The notes: generated by a model from the letters alone, not told the origin. Shown: positions 1-12,819, numbered from the stretch's first letter. The stretch: DNA of 64,000 nucleotides from Myxococcota bacterium (GCA_036339465.1 JAYZAY010000089.1:1623-65622), one strand, 5' to 3'. Made by a program: numbers and translations.

Positions 1-1607
1 TTGAGAATGAGGTCATGTTCTTTCGTGGTTGTGGATTGAAAGACTCCAAGTTTTGGCTTCCAGAATCGGTTGAGGATGGATTCGGTCAGGGTTTGGCTGC
101 GTTCCAATAATTCTTTTTGGCCACTTACTTCGTATAAATCCAAGAGGGCTTCACCGAAGTAGGCATAATCCTCTAGGCAACCGGCGACTTTGGTGTTGTG
201 TCCATCAAAGATTCGGCCAAGAGTGTCGTCGGCCCACATCTTTTCCCATAGTGAATGTGCGACTTTGATGGCGAGGTCCAAATAGTCTTGTCTATCTGGG
301 AATGCTTTAAAGCACCAAGAGAGACCCGCTATGGTAAGTGCGTTCCAGCTGGTGACACGTTTGATATCTGTGCTGGGGGTGGTTCTATGGGTGCTACGGT
401 GAGTCAATAGTTTTTGTTTCGCACGGTCAATGGTTTTTTGGATTTCAGTTGTGTCTTGTTGTCTCTTTGCGGCTAAGCTTTCTATGTCGAGGCATATTGA
501 TAGAATATTTGAGCCTTCAAAATTACCTTTTGAGGTAATTCCAAAATGTTCATGAATCAGCAGGGACTCTTCTGGTGATAGAATTGTGTCAATTTCTTTC
601 GTGTTCCAAGTGTAGAAGAGCCCTTCGGCTCCAGAACTGTCTGCATCAAGAGCTGAATAGAATGCGGGGTCATCGCTTAGCATTGCGTTGTTTAAGAATG
701 AGACAGTTTCTTCGATTGCTTTTTTGAAAGAGGGATGAGGCTTTATTAAATAGGTTTGGGCTATGAGCTTTAGAAGTTGACCGTTGTCATAAAGCATTTT
801 CTCAAAATGCGGTTTTAACCAAAATCTATCTGTGGAGTATCGACAGAACCCCCCTTGGAGTTGGTCATAGATACCACCCTGAATCATGGAAATGAGGGTA
901 TGCTCTACCATGTTGATAAGGTTTGACTCAGGGTGGGATTGATGGAGTTCGAGGAGGAGTTGAAGGGTAGTGGTAGGGGGAAATTTTGGGGAATCGCCAA
1001 ATCCACCGTATTGGGGGTCGAATTGTTTTTGAATCCTTTGAATGACAGGGCTGAAATCGAGTTGGTTCAATCGTGTTTGAGTGCCCAACTGTTGGCTTTG
1101 GATTTGTGTGGTCAATCGTTGGGCATTCTGGAGTACTGAGTGGGGATCTTTAGACCATGCGGAGCCGATGCTTTTCAGAAGGCGTAGGAATCCGGGTTTT
1201 CCATATTTGTCCTCTTTGGGGAAATAGGTTCCTGCAAAGAAAGGGTTTTGGGCAGGGGTTAAAAATAGAGTCATGGGCCACCCTCCTTGCCCATGATTCA
1301 TTAGGGTGGTGGCTTCCATATAGAGAGCGTCTATGTCGGGACGCTCTTCTCGGTCCACTTTGATACTTATGAAATGCTGATTAAGGTAGTTGGCGATTTC
1401 GGGGTCGCGAAATGACTCCTCCTCCATGACATGGCACCAATGGCATGCAGAGTAGCCTATACTTAGGAAGATGGGTTTGTTTTCCTGGGTGGCTATTTGT
1501 AGAGCTTGGTGACTCCATGGAAACCAATGAACCGGATTGCTCGCATGTTGTTGCAGGTAAGGGCTGGATTCATGAATGAGTTGGTTTTGGTTTTGCTTAT
1601 TTGTCAT
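1..1607 (-). CDS. Thioredoxin-domain protein of the DUF255/YyaL family; C-terminus cut by the window edge
   Basis: Absent from the ORF track because it has no stop inside the window. My translation from the ATG at 1607 reads [36 protein letters not shown]...[18 protein letters not shown]...[12 protein letters not shown]. This is the conserved N-terminal thioredoxin-like module of the family. The spans I translated (1607 to about 1085, then onward in frame) contain no stop, and the later sequence looks like a six-hairpin/epimerase domain. Confidence 0.8.
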   Translation of the reverse strand, partial: MTNKQNQNQLIHESSPYLQQHASNPVHWFPWSHQALQIATQENKPIFLSIGYSACHWCHVMEEESFRDPEIANYLNQHFISIKVDREERPDIDALYMEATTLMNHGQGGWPMTLFLTPAQNPFFAGTYFPKEDKYGKPGFLRLLKSIGSAWSKDPHSVLQNAQRLTTQIQSQQLGTQTRLNQLDFSPVIQRIQKQFDPQYGGFGDSPKFPPTTTLQLLLELHQSHPESNLINMVEHTLISMIQGGIYDQLQGGFCRYSTDRFWLKPHFEKMLYDNGQLLKLIAQTYLIKPHPSFKKAIEETVSFLNNAMLSDDPAFYSALDADSSGAEGLFYTWNTKEIDTILSPEESLLIHEHFGITSKGNFEGSNILSICLDIESLAAKRQQDTTEIQKTIDRAKQKLLTHRSTHRTTPSTDIKRVTSWNALTIAGLSWCFKAFPDRQDYLDLAIKVAHSLWEKMWADDTLGRIFDGHNTKVAGCLEDYAYFGEALLDLYEVSGQKELLERSQTLTESILNRFWKPKLGVFQSTTTKEHDLIL

Positions 1608-1750
1608 TTGGTCGCTTTTCCCTTGAAGGAGAGAGAAGCGATCGCCATAGCATTTATCGTCGGTGCCCTGTCAAGAAAACGGGAACGAAAGACGCGCAAT
1701 AACGGTTGTTTAGCTCTAAATATCGCGGCCTTTCTAAAGCGAGGGCGATG

Positions 1751-1780
1751 TTGACTGAACGCGTGTTCAGGTGATATATC
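1751..1780 (+). promoter_or_regulatory. Candidate sigma70-type promoter with an embedded LexA (SOS) operator for imuA-imuB
   Basis: TTGACT at 1751-1756, a perfect palindrome CTGAAC-GCGT-GTTCAG at 1755-1770, and an A/T-rich -10-like GATATAT at 1773-1779, which ends 11 nt before the imuA ATG. The 17-mer CTGAACGCGTGTTCAGG fits the CTRHAMRYBYGTTCAGS LexA-box consensus as I recall it for Myxococcus xanthus. It also carries the GAAC-N4-GTTC core of Gram-positive SOS boxes. Confidence 0.55.
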
Positions 1781-1790
1781 CCATAGAGCG

Positions 1791-2522
1791 ATGGAGGATA
1801 AAGCGCGAAAAGAAGAAGAATTTCTCAAAGATTCTGGAAGGGAGTCTCATTCCTCGGCTGAGTCATTTGAGAGTCGACTGGGTAGGCTTGAGGTGCTTAA
1901 GAATAGTGCCTTATTGCGTCCAACGATAATAGCGGAGAGGCGCGGTGGTAAACGACGGCGAGGGCTTGAGGTTTTAGGAGTGGAAAAGGCATTGCCTTAT
2001 GGTTTGGAAGTTGGTTGCCTCCATGAATTTTACAGTGCTCAAAAAGGCGGTTGTACGAGTGTGGTTATGTGTTGGCTTGGGGAGCTGACTCGTTTGGGGA
2101 AATGGGTTTATTGGGGGGATACTGTTGGTGCATTGGATATCGCATCATTAAATGGGTTTGAGGTGGATACTTCCCATTTTATTTGGGTGAGGGGGTTGGG
2201 CATTAAAGGGAAGATTGAATCTTGTTTTAAGGCGGTTGAGATTGCGATTTTATCGAACCGGTTCGAAGTGGTCGTACTCGATTTATTGGGGCAGCGTAGG
2301 GGATATATCAAAGATGCTTGGTGGTTTCGCTTGATGCGCCAGATTGAGAAATCAATGGTTTCTCTTTGGGTTTTGGTGGAAGGGCCGATGATTCCATGTG
2401 CGGCTTACCGGTTTCGATGTAGCAGGGTGGAATGGCCGAAGAAAAAATTTGAATGTGTGGTGGAAAGGTCACAAGAAGAATGTCTAAGTAAAAAGTTTCT
2501 TATCGATTATTCTTACTCTTAG
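1791..2522 (+). CDS. imuA: ImuA-like SOS mutagenesis protein (RecA/SulA-fold accessory factor)
   Basis: 243-aa ORF lying 9 nt upstream of imuB and preceded by the SOS box. ALPYGLEVGCLHEF resembles the GGLxxGxLHE motif of ImuA proteins. Size and position are typical of the imuA-imuB(-dnaE2) cassette. Confidence 0.6.
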   Translation: MEDKARKEEEFLKDSGRESHSSAESFESRLGRLEVLKNSALLRPTIIAERRGGKRRRGLEVLGVEKALPYGLEVGCLHEFYSAQKGGCTSVVMCWLGELTRLGKWVYWGDTVGALDIASLNGFEVDTSHFIWVRGLGIKGKIESCFKAVEIAILSNRFEVVVLDLLGQRRGYIKDAWWFRLMRQIEKSMVSLWVLVEGPMIPCAAYRFRCSRVEWPKKKFECVVERSQEECLSKKFLIDYSYS

Positions 2523-2531
2523 CTTTGTCTT

Positions 2532-4028
2532 ATGTTTGCCGCTATTTTTCTAAAAGACTTCCCTCTGCAATCTTATTGTATGATTAGCTCATCCATCTGG
2601 AGGGATTCTCTTTATGCTATGGTGGATTCAGATACATACCATAGTGGGACACAAATAAAATATATTGGTCCAGGAGCACTTGCCCTCGGAGCGCGACCAC
2701 TGATGACGGTGGCGCGTGCTTTCAATATCAGTGAAGAAATTCGTGTTGTTTCTCGGAATAGGAGATTCGAATTAAAAGCAATCCATGATATTGAGCGTTT
2801 GATTTATGGGATATCTCCTTGTTTCGAGATTGGGAAAATGAAAGAGTTGGGGTGGTTTTATATCGATGTGCGTGGTTTAAGCCATATTTGGGGTAGTTTA
2901 GAACAAATCCAATTGAAAATTGTGCGTTCTTTTTCTGGTTTAGGATATGAAACACGGGTTGCGATCGCACCTAGCCTCTATTGGGCTAAAATTGTCGCAC
3001 GGAATGGAGGAGGACTCTTTTCAAGGATAGAGGATATACTTGGTGGGGGGATAGGAATTCATTGCCTTGATTGTTCAAAGGATTTTTTGACGCTTATGAT
3101 TCGCATGGGAGTGCATACGATTGATGATTTTGTCACGCTTCCACTGAACCGACTGGGTGAACATTTAGGGCGCGAGGCCTTGGAAATTAGAGGCTATTTA
3201 GATGGGACACGGACGGATAGAATCCTAGAGCAGGAAAAGAAAAAGCATGTTTTTTTCTCTGAGGTGGAGTTAGAAGAGCCTATCCATGATTTTCCGCAGT
3301 TAGAGAAAATAGTCCTTGCTGAAGTTGAACGGCTCATGAAAGAACTCTTAAATCATTCTCTGGCATGTTTATCTGTGTCTTTTAAGTTTTCTTATATAGG
3401 GATTGGAGAGTATCAAAAAGAGATAACTCTACCACAAGCTATTCGTCATCTCGATACGTTGAAACGTATTTGTGTTAGGCAATTGGAATCTGAATTGCCT
3501 TGTCAGAGCATCGAGGTTGTTTCTGTCGAATTGGTCCCTAGCTATAAGCCGACGAAACAGTTGTCGCTTTTTGATGTTTCGTCGGTTGAGAGTGAAAGGC
3601 TTCAGAGTACTTTAAGTCGCCTTTGGGAACTCTATGAGAGGAATGATGTTGGATGCCCAGTCTTGAGCGATGATTATCTCGAAGATAGCTGGGTTTTAAA
3701 AGAACCGGGTAATTTGATGGGGCATTTTGATAATAAAGAAGACAGAAGGGGGACGCCGGGGTGTTTACGGCGTTTGCGTCCTCCCGTGGAAGTCCGAGTT
3801 GGGTATTCTTTGGGAAGGCCTAAACGCATAGGGTCAACGATGTTAAATGGCACTATCTCAAAGAGCTTTGGCCCCTTTAGAACTTCGATCTCTTGGTGGA
3901 GTGCCGATGGATTTGATGAACTTGGACGTATTTTTGATATCTATGATATCGCCGTCAGACACAAATTTTATCGATTGGGTTACAATCACTTGACGCAGAA
4001 ACATCTACTTTTGGGGGTCTATGACTAA
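2532..4028 (+). CDS. imuB: ImuB, Y-family-polymerase-like protein of the SOS mutasome
   Basis: 498 aa. The N-terminus MFAAIFLKDFPLQ matches the characteristic ImuB start (LWxALxxPxLPL type). It has a UmuC/DinB-like core lacking an obvious catalytic acidic triad, and sits immediately after imuA. Confidence 0.7.
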   Translation: MFAAIFLKDFPLQSYCMISSSIWRDSLYAMVDSDTYHSGTQIKYIGPGALALGARPLMTVARAFNISEEIRVVSRNRRFELKAIHDIERLIYGISPCFEIGKMKELGWFYIDVRGLSHIWGSLEQIQLKIVRSFSGLGYETRVAIAPSLYWAKIVARNGGGLFSRIEDILGGGIGIHCLDCSKDFLTLMIRMGVHTIDDFVTLPLNRLGEHLGREALEIRGYLDGTRTDRILEQEKKKHVFFSEVELEEPIHDFPQLEKIVLAEVERLMKELLNHSLACLSVSFKFSYIGIGEYQKEITLPQAIRHLDTLKRICVRQLESELPCQSIEVVSVELVPSYKPTKQLSLFDVSSVESERLQSTLSRLWELYERNDVGCPVLSDDYLEDSWVLKEPGNLMGHFDNKEDRRGTPGCLRRLRPPVEVRVGYSLGRPKRIGSTMLNGTISKSFGPFRTSISWWSADGFDELGRIFDIYDIAVRHKFYRLGYNHLTQKHLLLGVYD

Positions 4029-4089
4029 AGCGAGGATATACAAGTTTAGGGCTTTACTTTGGTTTTTTTTATGTGGCCTCTTAGGCGGA

Positions 4090-5352
4090 TTATGTGACTC
4101 GAACAATCTCATTAACGGTGGTAATACCCTCTTCCGCCTTCTTGATCCCAGATCTGCGAATGGATTCAATTCCTAGCTTCCTAAGTGCCCTTTTGAGATT
4201 CACGTCAGGTGCATTTTCAGCGATCAAATCTCTCATTTCTTGCTTAATCGGCACGATTTCGAACACACCGGTTTTTCCCAAATATCCAGTATGCGAGCAC
4301 GCATCGCAACCTTTACCCTGACGATATTTCCCCGTTGTTGATATATCAAACCCCACTTGTTCCCGGATGCGTTTTCCGGGGGCTACTGTCTCTGCACAAT
4401 GGGAGCAGACGCGTCGCACGAGTCGCTGAACCACGATTCCCGAAAGTGCGTGGGCAACGGAATCGGAGCGCAGTCCCAATTTATTGAGCCAGTGAAGGGT
4501 GCCTAAAACATTATCCGTATGGATTGAAGTGATCACCCTGTGACCTGCCTGGAGACAAGCATCCATGACTCTTTTACCCGTAGCGTAGTCCGATATTTCA
4601 CCCACCAAAACAATGTCTGGGTCCTGATGGAGAATAGACCGCAATGCTTCAGGAAAACCAAAGCTATGTTGAGGGTCCACCTGACCTTGGTTGAGACCAG
4701 GAATATCCAATTCGATAGGATCCTCAATGGTTGCCACATTCAGTTCGGCCTTATTAAACTCGTGCCCTATGGCGTACATAGTCGCGGTTTTACCCGAGCT
4801 CCAAGGGCCAGTTACAATAATCAAGCCTCCACGTCTTCTCATGAGTTGCCGTACTGCCAATACTTGTTCTGCACTCATGCCCAAGTTTTCAAATGTTAAA
4901 AGGCTGGCGGCTTTACTTATTTTTAAGACGGTTTTTGGGCCCCTTCCACATGGATATGAAGAGACCCTAATGGCATATTTTGCGTCTTTCCAAGAAAAAT
5001 TGAAGATGCCATCTTGGGGTCGTCTCATGTCAGACTCTAAACTTGCTTGCACGAATAGCCTTTGAATAATCAATCCAGCTTCTTTTTCCGAATAGTGATT
5101 GATTTCATTGAGGATACCACCCACCCTAAAACGAAGTCGATAATCTTCGTTATGCGGTTCCAAATGCACATGGCTCGCCCCTTGCTCTAGGGCGGACTGG
5201 AGAATTTTGGTAAGACCGGGGGGATAATCTTCCACCGCTTTTTGTGCGGGCTCTTGAGCTTGGGTGGGCGATTGGGCGATTGGGTTTTCCTCTTCTTCCT
5301 CAGTGGCAGAAGGGGGGGACTGATTGGCTTCTGGAGTAGCGTGCTCGTTCAT
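4090..5352 (-). CDS. GspE/PilB-family secretion/pilus-type ATPase, divergent and lacking an N1/GSPII domain
   Basis: 420 aa. Walker A is VTGPWSSGKTAT, the Asp box is IEDPIE, Walker B is DPDIVLVGEISD and the His box is SIHTDN. A tetracysteine CSHC...CDAC is present. The acidic/Pro-rich N-terminus is low complexity. Confidence 0.85.
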   Translation of the reverse strand: MNEHATPEANQSPPSATEEEEENPIAQSPTQAQEPAQKAVEDYPPGLTKILQSALEQGASHVHLEPHNEDYRLRFRVGGILNEINHYSEKEAGLIIQRLFVQASLESDMRRPQDGIFNFSWKDAKYAIRVSSYPCGRGPKTVLKISKAASLLTFENLGMSAEQVLAVRQLMRRRGGLIIVTGPWSSGKTATMYAIGHEFNKAELNVATIEDPIELDIPGLNQGQVDPQHSFGFPEALRSILHQDPDIVLVGEISDYATGKRVMDACLQAGHRVITSIHTDNVLGTLHWLNKLGLRSDSVAHALSGIVVQRLVRRVCSHCAETVAPGKRIREQVGFDISTTGKYRQGKGCDACSHTGYLGKTGVFEIVPIKQEMRDLIAENAPDVNLKRALRKLGIESIRRSGIKKAEEGITTVNEIVRVT

Positions 5353-5404
5353 ATCTATAGTCTATCCTGAATTCCCAGAATTATGAATAATTCTACGTGA
5401 CTTC

Positions 5405-6223
5405 TCAGTTTGAAGTCAAAGATAAATGCTTTCTTACTTCATACGCGCAAATTGAAGCAGCGTTGGCCACATTGATGGAATCAAAGTCCGATGAAATTGG
5501 GATAAAACTTTCTATGTCGCATTGCGCTATGATATTGGGTCTTAAGCCCTGGCCTTCATTTCCAAAGATGAGAATGTTGGTATCGCACCATTTTATGTCA
5601 TGGATGGCGATGCCGCTTGGATTGGGGGTTGTAGCTACAACCATTTGTCTGTTGGGACCGTTTTTTCGAAATTTTTCTAAGCTGTCTTCAAATGGCGCTA
5701 TAGAAAAAGGGATGTGGAAGAGCGTGCCCATGGAAACTCGGGCAACCATCCGACTGAGTGGATCTGAACATTCAGGGTCTAAGAGAATAAGATCTGCTCC
5801 AAAAGCAGCACCAATTCTAAAGATACTACCAATATTTCTTGGATCGGTCACTTGGGACAAGCCGAGTACAAATTTCGGCAATTTGTTTGAGATGAAATCC
5901 TCAATATTTAGGGGGGGCTTGGGATTGACACACGCCAGGCACCCGCGATGAAATTTGAATCCCAATAAGTTTTGGAGCAACCTTTGGTCGGCGAGATATA
6001 CCTGTGTATCTGCAGGAATACTTGCTCTAAGTCGTTCAAATTTGGCAGGGGTGGCCAAGACCGACTGTAGGGACCAATCACTGGAAAACGCCCGTTGGAG
6101 AACGATTTCGCCTTCTGCAATGACGGCGAGAGAACTGTTTGACCGTCCCTTTCTTTTCAGATCCCTATAGGGTTCCAGATACGGACTGTCGGGCGTGGTT
6201 ATATAAATTGGGGCCGACATCAA
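5405..6223 (-). CDS. TrmH/SpoU-family RNA 2'-O-methyltransferase
   Basis: 272 aa with the SpoU motifs TDPRNIGSIFRIGAAFG, LIFGNEGQGL and IPISSDFDSINVANAASICAYE. It starts 1 nt after the purA stop. Confidence 0.8.
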   Translation of the reverse strand: MMSAPIYITTPDSPYLEPYRDLKRKGRSNSSLAVIAEGEIVLQRAFSSDWSLQSVLATPAKFERLRASIPADTQVYLADQRLLQNLLGFKFHRGCLACVNPKPPLNIEDFISNKLPKFVLGLSQVTDPRNIGSIFRIGAAFGADLILLDPECSDPLSRMVARVSMGTLFHIPFSIAPFEDSLEKFRKNGPNRQMVVATTPNPSGIAIHDIKWCDTNILIFGNEGQGLRPNIIAQCDIESFIPISSDFDSINVANAASICAYEVRKHLSLTSN

Positions 6224-6224
6224 C

Positions 6225-8817
<2,593 letters not shown>

Positions 8818-8821
8818 TGGA

Positions 8822-9325
8822 TCAATATTCCTCGGGGAGTTTAGCGTTTAATACCTTTGCCCTGTCTTCTTCAAGTACTGCTTCCATTTGTGCTTTAATC
8901 TCTGGATTGTGGAGAGCGAGGATTCGAGCTGCCATGTAGGCTGCGTTTTTACCACCCGCTGATCCAATGCCTAGGGTAGCCACAGGAACCCCGCCGGGCA
9001 TTTGTGAAATGGCCAATAAAGCATCCATACCACCTAGGGTACCGCTGGGAATAGGCACACCTAGAACAGGTAATCGCGTGTGTGCAGCCACCACCCCGCC
9101 TAAGTGAGCGGCCATGCCTGCCGCTGCCACGATAATTTGGCAGCCCCTAGCTTCGAGGGAGTCAAGGTATGCCACCAACTCATGGGGCGTTCGGTGGGCG
9201 GAAAGTACTTTGGCTTCGTGGGAGATCTTCAGCCGGTCCAGTGACTTTCTGCAACTGGCTAAGACCTCCGCATCGGAAGTTGAGCCCATTAATATACTGA
9301 CTAAAATTGGGTTTGAATCACTCAT
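8822..9325 (-). CDS. purE: N5-carboxyaminoimidazole ribonucleotide mutase (class I PurE)
   Basis: 167 aa with ILMGSTSD, SAHRTP and AAGMAAHLGGVVAA (the AAHL type of class I enzymes). Confidence 0.93.
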   Translation of the reverse strand: MSDSNPILVSILMGSTSDAEVLASCRKSLDRLKISHEAKVLSAHRTPHELVAYLDSLEARGCQIIVAAAGMAAHLGGVVAAHTRLPVLGVPIPSGTLGGMDALLAISQMPGGVPVATLGIGSAGGKNAAYMAARILALHNPEIKAQMEAVLEEDRAKVLNAKLPEEY

Positions 9326-10599
9326 GATTGCACTCCTAAGTATTTGGATTCGCCGATATCTTTTCGGAATTGCATGCCCTCAAATTGAATTTTTTCAAGA
9401 CTTTTATAGGCATGGCTTCGAGCATTTTCTGGTGAGGTTCCCTTGGCCACAATGGCCAAGACCCTTCCACCGCTGGTTTGGAGCTCTCCACTTTCTAAGC
9501 GGGTAGCTGCATGAATAAGCCATTCGTTGCTACTCTTGGCTGCCATGGAAACAGAGATCCGATCTCCTTTTCGTGGTTTCTCAGGATAACCGGCCGCGGC
9601 AACCACGATGGCGCAGGTTGAGAATGGTTGTTCGGCGAGTTTAAAGCCTCGGAGTTTTCCGTTGGCGATCCGCGCACATAATTCTAGAAATTGTCCGTTT
9701 TCAATGCGTGGGAGAATCGCTTGTGTTTCGGGATCTCCAAGACGAACATTGTACTCGAGTAGCTTTGGTCCCTTTTCAGTCAGCATGAACCCACCGAAGA
9801 GGAAGCCTCGGAACGGGATGCCTTTCTTCTTGAGTGTTTCTAGTGTGGGTACGATACATGTTTCATGTATTTCTTGGAGGAGCTTGTCATCGAGTAGAGG
9901 ATTTGGACTGATGGCACCCATCCCCCCTGTGTTTGGCCCTTGGTCGCCATCCAAGAGACGCTTGTGGTCCCTTGCGTGGGGTAGAAGGAGGGCGTTTTCA
10001 CCGTCGCAGGCATAAAACAGCGATGCTTCAACCCCAAAGAGTCGTTCTTCGAGAACGATTGTTTTGCCTGCGTCGCCGAGTTTGCCCGCGAGAAGCCCGA
10101 GGCCGATGTTGACGCCTTCCGCTTTGGTTTCAGGGAGAAACACGCCTTTCCCACCGGCCAATCCGTCGGCCTTGATCACGGGCAATCCGTCCCAGTCTTC
10201 GATGGCACCTCTGAGGGCACTTTCTGAAGTCACCACTTTATAGATCGGGCTGGGGACGCCTGCGAGGTTGGCAATTTCTCGGGTGAAGTCTTTAGAGCCT
10301 TCGAGTAATGCAGCAGACTGGCTGGGGCCGCAGCAAGGGATTTTCGCTTCTAGGAGGGCGTCTGTCACGCCATGAACCAGAGGTTGTTCGGGACCAACGA
10401 CCACGAAGTCAGGATCCAGCACTCTTGCTAAAGCGACCAAAGCGTCGATGTCTTCGAGGGAGCAATCCACATTGGTGCCACACTCAGCGGTGCCAGGGTT
10501 TCCTGGTACAATCACCAGCTCGGGGGGATTGTCACCACTGGTGAGGGCTCGACAGATAGCGTGCTCGCGTCCGCCATTGCCAATGACCATGATTTTCAT
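9322..10599 (-). CDS. purD: Phosphoribosylamine-glycine ligase
   Basis: 425 aa. MKIMVIGNGGREHAI at the N-terminus, an ATP-grasp core (DGLAGGKGV) and GPNTGGMG. It overlaps purE by 4 nt. Confidence 0.95.
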   Translation of the reverse strand: MKIMVIGNGGREHAICRALTSGDNPPELVIVPGNPGTAECGTNVDCSLEDIDALVALARVLDPDFVVVGPEQPLVHGVTDALLEAKIPCCGPSQSAALLEGSKDFTREIANLAGVPSPIYKVVTSESALRGAIEDWDGLPVIKADGLAGGKGVFLPETKAEGVNIGLGLLAGKLGDAGKTIVLEERLFGVEASLFYACDGENALLLPHARDHKRLLDGDQGPNTGGMGAISPNPLLDDKLLQEIHETCIVPTLETLKKKGIPFRGFLFGGFMLTEKGPKLLEYNVRLGDPETQAILPRIENGQFLELCARIANGKLRGFKLAEQPFSTCAIVVAAAGYPEKPRKGDRISVSMAAKSSNEWLIHAATRLESGELQTSGGRVLAIVAKGTSPENARSHAYKSLEKIQFEGMQFRKDIGESKYLGVQS

Positions 10600-10609
10600 T
10601 AAAAACTCC

Positions 10610-12202
10610 TTAGTGTCTGAAGTGCCTTCGGCCTGTGAGGTACATGGCTAGGCCGAGCTCATTACATGCATCGATAACTTCCTGATCGCGTTTTGAGCCA
10701 CCGGGCTGAACGATTGCTATGACCCCAGCTTTGGCGGCCAATCGCACGCAATCATCGAAGGGGAAGAAAGCGTCTGAAGCCAGTGAACTGCCTTGGAGTT
10801 TATCGCCGGCCTTGGTGATGGCATGCTCGGTTGCATCCACCCGGCTCATCTGTCCGGCACCTACGCCTAGGAGTCTACGGTTTTTGGTGATGGCGATGGC
10901 ATTGGATTTGAGGTGCTTGCAGGCGCGCATCGCGAATTCCAATTCCATGAGTTCCTCGGCATTCAATGTCTTTTCCGTTGCGCATTTCCACTCCGAACTT
11001 GGGACCATGGATGCGTCTACCTCTTGAACCAATGCGCCTCCCCCGATTCGCTGAATGTGGAAACTCGGATGAGGGGAGTGGTCGAGGGAGACTTCGAAGA
11101 GACGAAGATTCTTACGGTTCGCCAGGAGTTCACGGGCTTCACGGGTAAAGTTTGGAGCCACAATACATTCCACAAACAATTTTTTATCAAGAATGGTTTG
11201 AGCGGTGCTTACTTCTAGGGGTTGGTTAAATCCGATGACTGAGCCAAAGGCGGAAATAGGGTCACCCTCTAGGGCTGCCAAAAAACCATCGGCTTGATTG
11301 GATGCCTGGGCCAACCCACAGGTATTGGTATGCTTGACGATAGCGCAAGCGGTTCCGTCGAATTCCGCCACGGTTCGGTATGCGGCGTCCATATCTAGGT
11401 AATTGTTATAAGATAGCGGCTTTCCTTGGTGGAGAGTGCCGTGGGCACATCCCCATTTTTCGTTGTCAGCTTGGTAAATCGCTGCCGATTGATGGGGGTT
11501 TTCGCCGTAACGAAGGACGTCTGCTTTCTGGAATGCGCCGATCCTTGGGGGAAGTGGCGACGGCTTGTCTTCATCTGGGCCAAGGTACCATGAAGAAATT
11601 GCTTGGTCGTATTGGGTAATAATACTAAATGCCTTTTTGGCCAGTTCTCGTCTCAATGTGTAATCGATGGTCGCTTGTTCACCCAGTGAATCCATGACGC
11701 ACCCATAATCTTGAGGATCTACGATGATGCTTACGCCACCGATGGCGTTTTTTGCGGCGGCGCGTACCATCGTGGGGCCGCCGATATCGATATTCTCGAT
11801 GATTTGTTGTTCGTTGGTGTAAGTGGCTGCGGCTTGCTCAAATGGATAGAGATTACAAACGACGAGATCGATTGGCACATAACTACGTTTCTCTAGGTCT
11901 TGAAGATGGGACTCTTCACGTCGGTCTGCGAGGATACCCGCATGAATTTTTGGATGGAGGGTCTTTACTCTACCGCCCAAAACTTCGTCTGCCTGGGTGA
12001 AGGCGCTGACTTCGGTGACGGGGATACCTAGATTGGCAATATGCTTCGCGGTGCCCCCTGAAGACAAAAGGACGACGCCCTTTTCATGAAGCCCCTTGGC
12101 TAAGGTTTCCAGGTTGCTTTTATCAAAAACAGAAATCAGAGCATGTGTAACTTTACCTCTGGCTGGGGGGGCGTTGAGTAATGCGTCCGAAGTGGGGATC
12201 AT
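10610..12202 (-). CDS. purH: Bifunctional AICAR transformylase / IMP cyclohydrolase
   Basis: 530 aa with ALISVFDKSNL, LSSGGTAK, GRVKTLHP and a C-terminal GRRHFRH. Confidence 0.95.
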   Translation of the reverse strand: MIPTSDALLNAPPARGKVTHALISVFDKSNLETLAKGLHEKGVVLLSSGGTAKHIANLGIPVTEVSAFTQADEVLGGRVKTLHPKIHAGILADRREESHLQDLEKRSYVPIDLVVCNLYPFEQAAATYTNEQQIIENIDIGGPTMVRAAAKNAIGGVSIIVDPQDYGCVMDSLGEQATIDYTLRRELAKKAFSIITQYDQAISSWYLGPDEDKPSPLPPRIGAFQKADVLRYGENPHQSAAIYQADNEKWGCAHGTLHQGKPLSYNNYLDMDAAYRTVAEFDGTACAIVKHTNTCGLAQASNQADGFLAALEGDPISAFGSVIGFNQPLEVSTAQTILDKKLFVECIVAPNFTREARELLANRKNLRLFEVSLDHSPHPSFHIQRIGGGALVQEVDASMVPSSEWKCATEKTLNAEELMELEFAMRACKHLKSNAIAITKNRRLLGVGAGQMSRVDATEHAITKAGDKLQGSSLASDAFFPFDDCVRLAAKAGVIAIVQPGGSKRDQEVIDACNELGLAMYLTGRRHFRH

Positions 12203-12819
12203 GGTTGTCTCCTAGGAAAGTTGTCCTGTGGCTGTCGCTGGATGAAGAGCCAAACGGCCCTCGGATAGATAGCGTGTTCGACTTCGAGCTGAATGCGTGT
12301 TTGTAAGGTTTCGGGGGTTTCGTCACCGCGCACATCAAGGGAGCCTTGAAGGATAATGGGACCATCGTCAATTTCAGGGGTGACGAGATGGACAGTGGCA
12401 CCCGCGACGCGGACTTTATCGGCGACTTGGCGTTCTACGGCGTGCATTCCCTTATAATCAGGGAGCAAGGAAGGATGAATGTTTAAGATGCCACCTTCAA
12501 AGTTTTCAAAAAAGTAAGCCGTTAGCACACGCATATAGCCCGCGAGAAGAACATGGTCGACTTTGAATTCGCGTAGGGTATTGAGAATTTGTTTTTCGTG
12601 TGCTTCTCGGGTCATTCCTTGGTGTTGGATCAGCCGGGTTGGGGTGGTAAATTTTTCACCGATCGCCAAGGCACCCGCACTTGCTCGATTGGATAGGACA
12701 AGAGCGCATTGGCCAGGAATAGAGCCGGCCTCAAACGCTTTAAGCAGCACTTCCGCATTGGAACCCTTGCCAGAAGCAAAGATGGCAAAGCGTGGGTTAT
12801 GGGCGGTTACGTTTTCCAT
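12199..12819 (-). CDS. purN: Phosphoribosylglycinamide formyltransferase
   Basis: 206 aa with FASGKGSNAE, ILNIHPSLLP and HLVTPEIDDGPI. It overlaps purH by 4 nt and purM by 23 nt, so the start may be slightly downstream. Confidence 0.9.
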   Translation of the reverse strand: MENVTAHNPRFAIFASGKGSNAEVLLKAFEAGSIPGQCALVLSNRASAGALAIGEKFTTPTRLIQHQGMTREAHEKQILNTLREFKVDHVLLAGYMRVLTAYFFENFEGGILNIHPSLLPDYKGMHAVERQVADKVRVAGATVHLVTPEIDDGPIILQGSLDVRGDETPETLQTRIQLEVEHAIYPRAVWLFIQRQPQDNFPRRQP

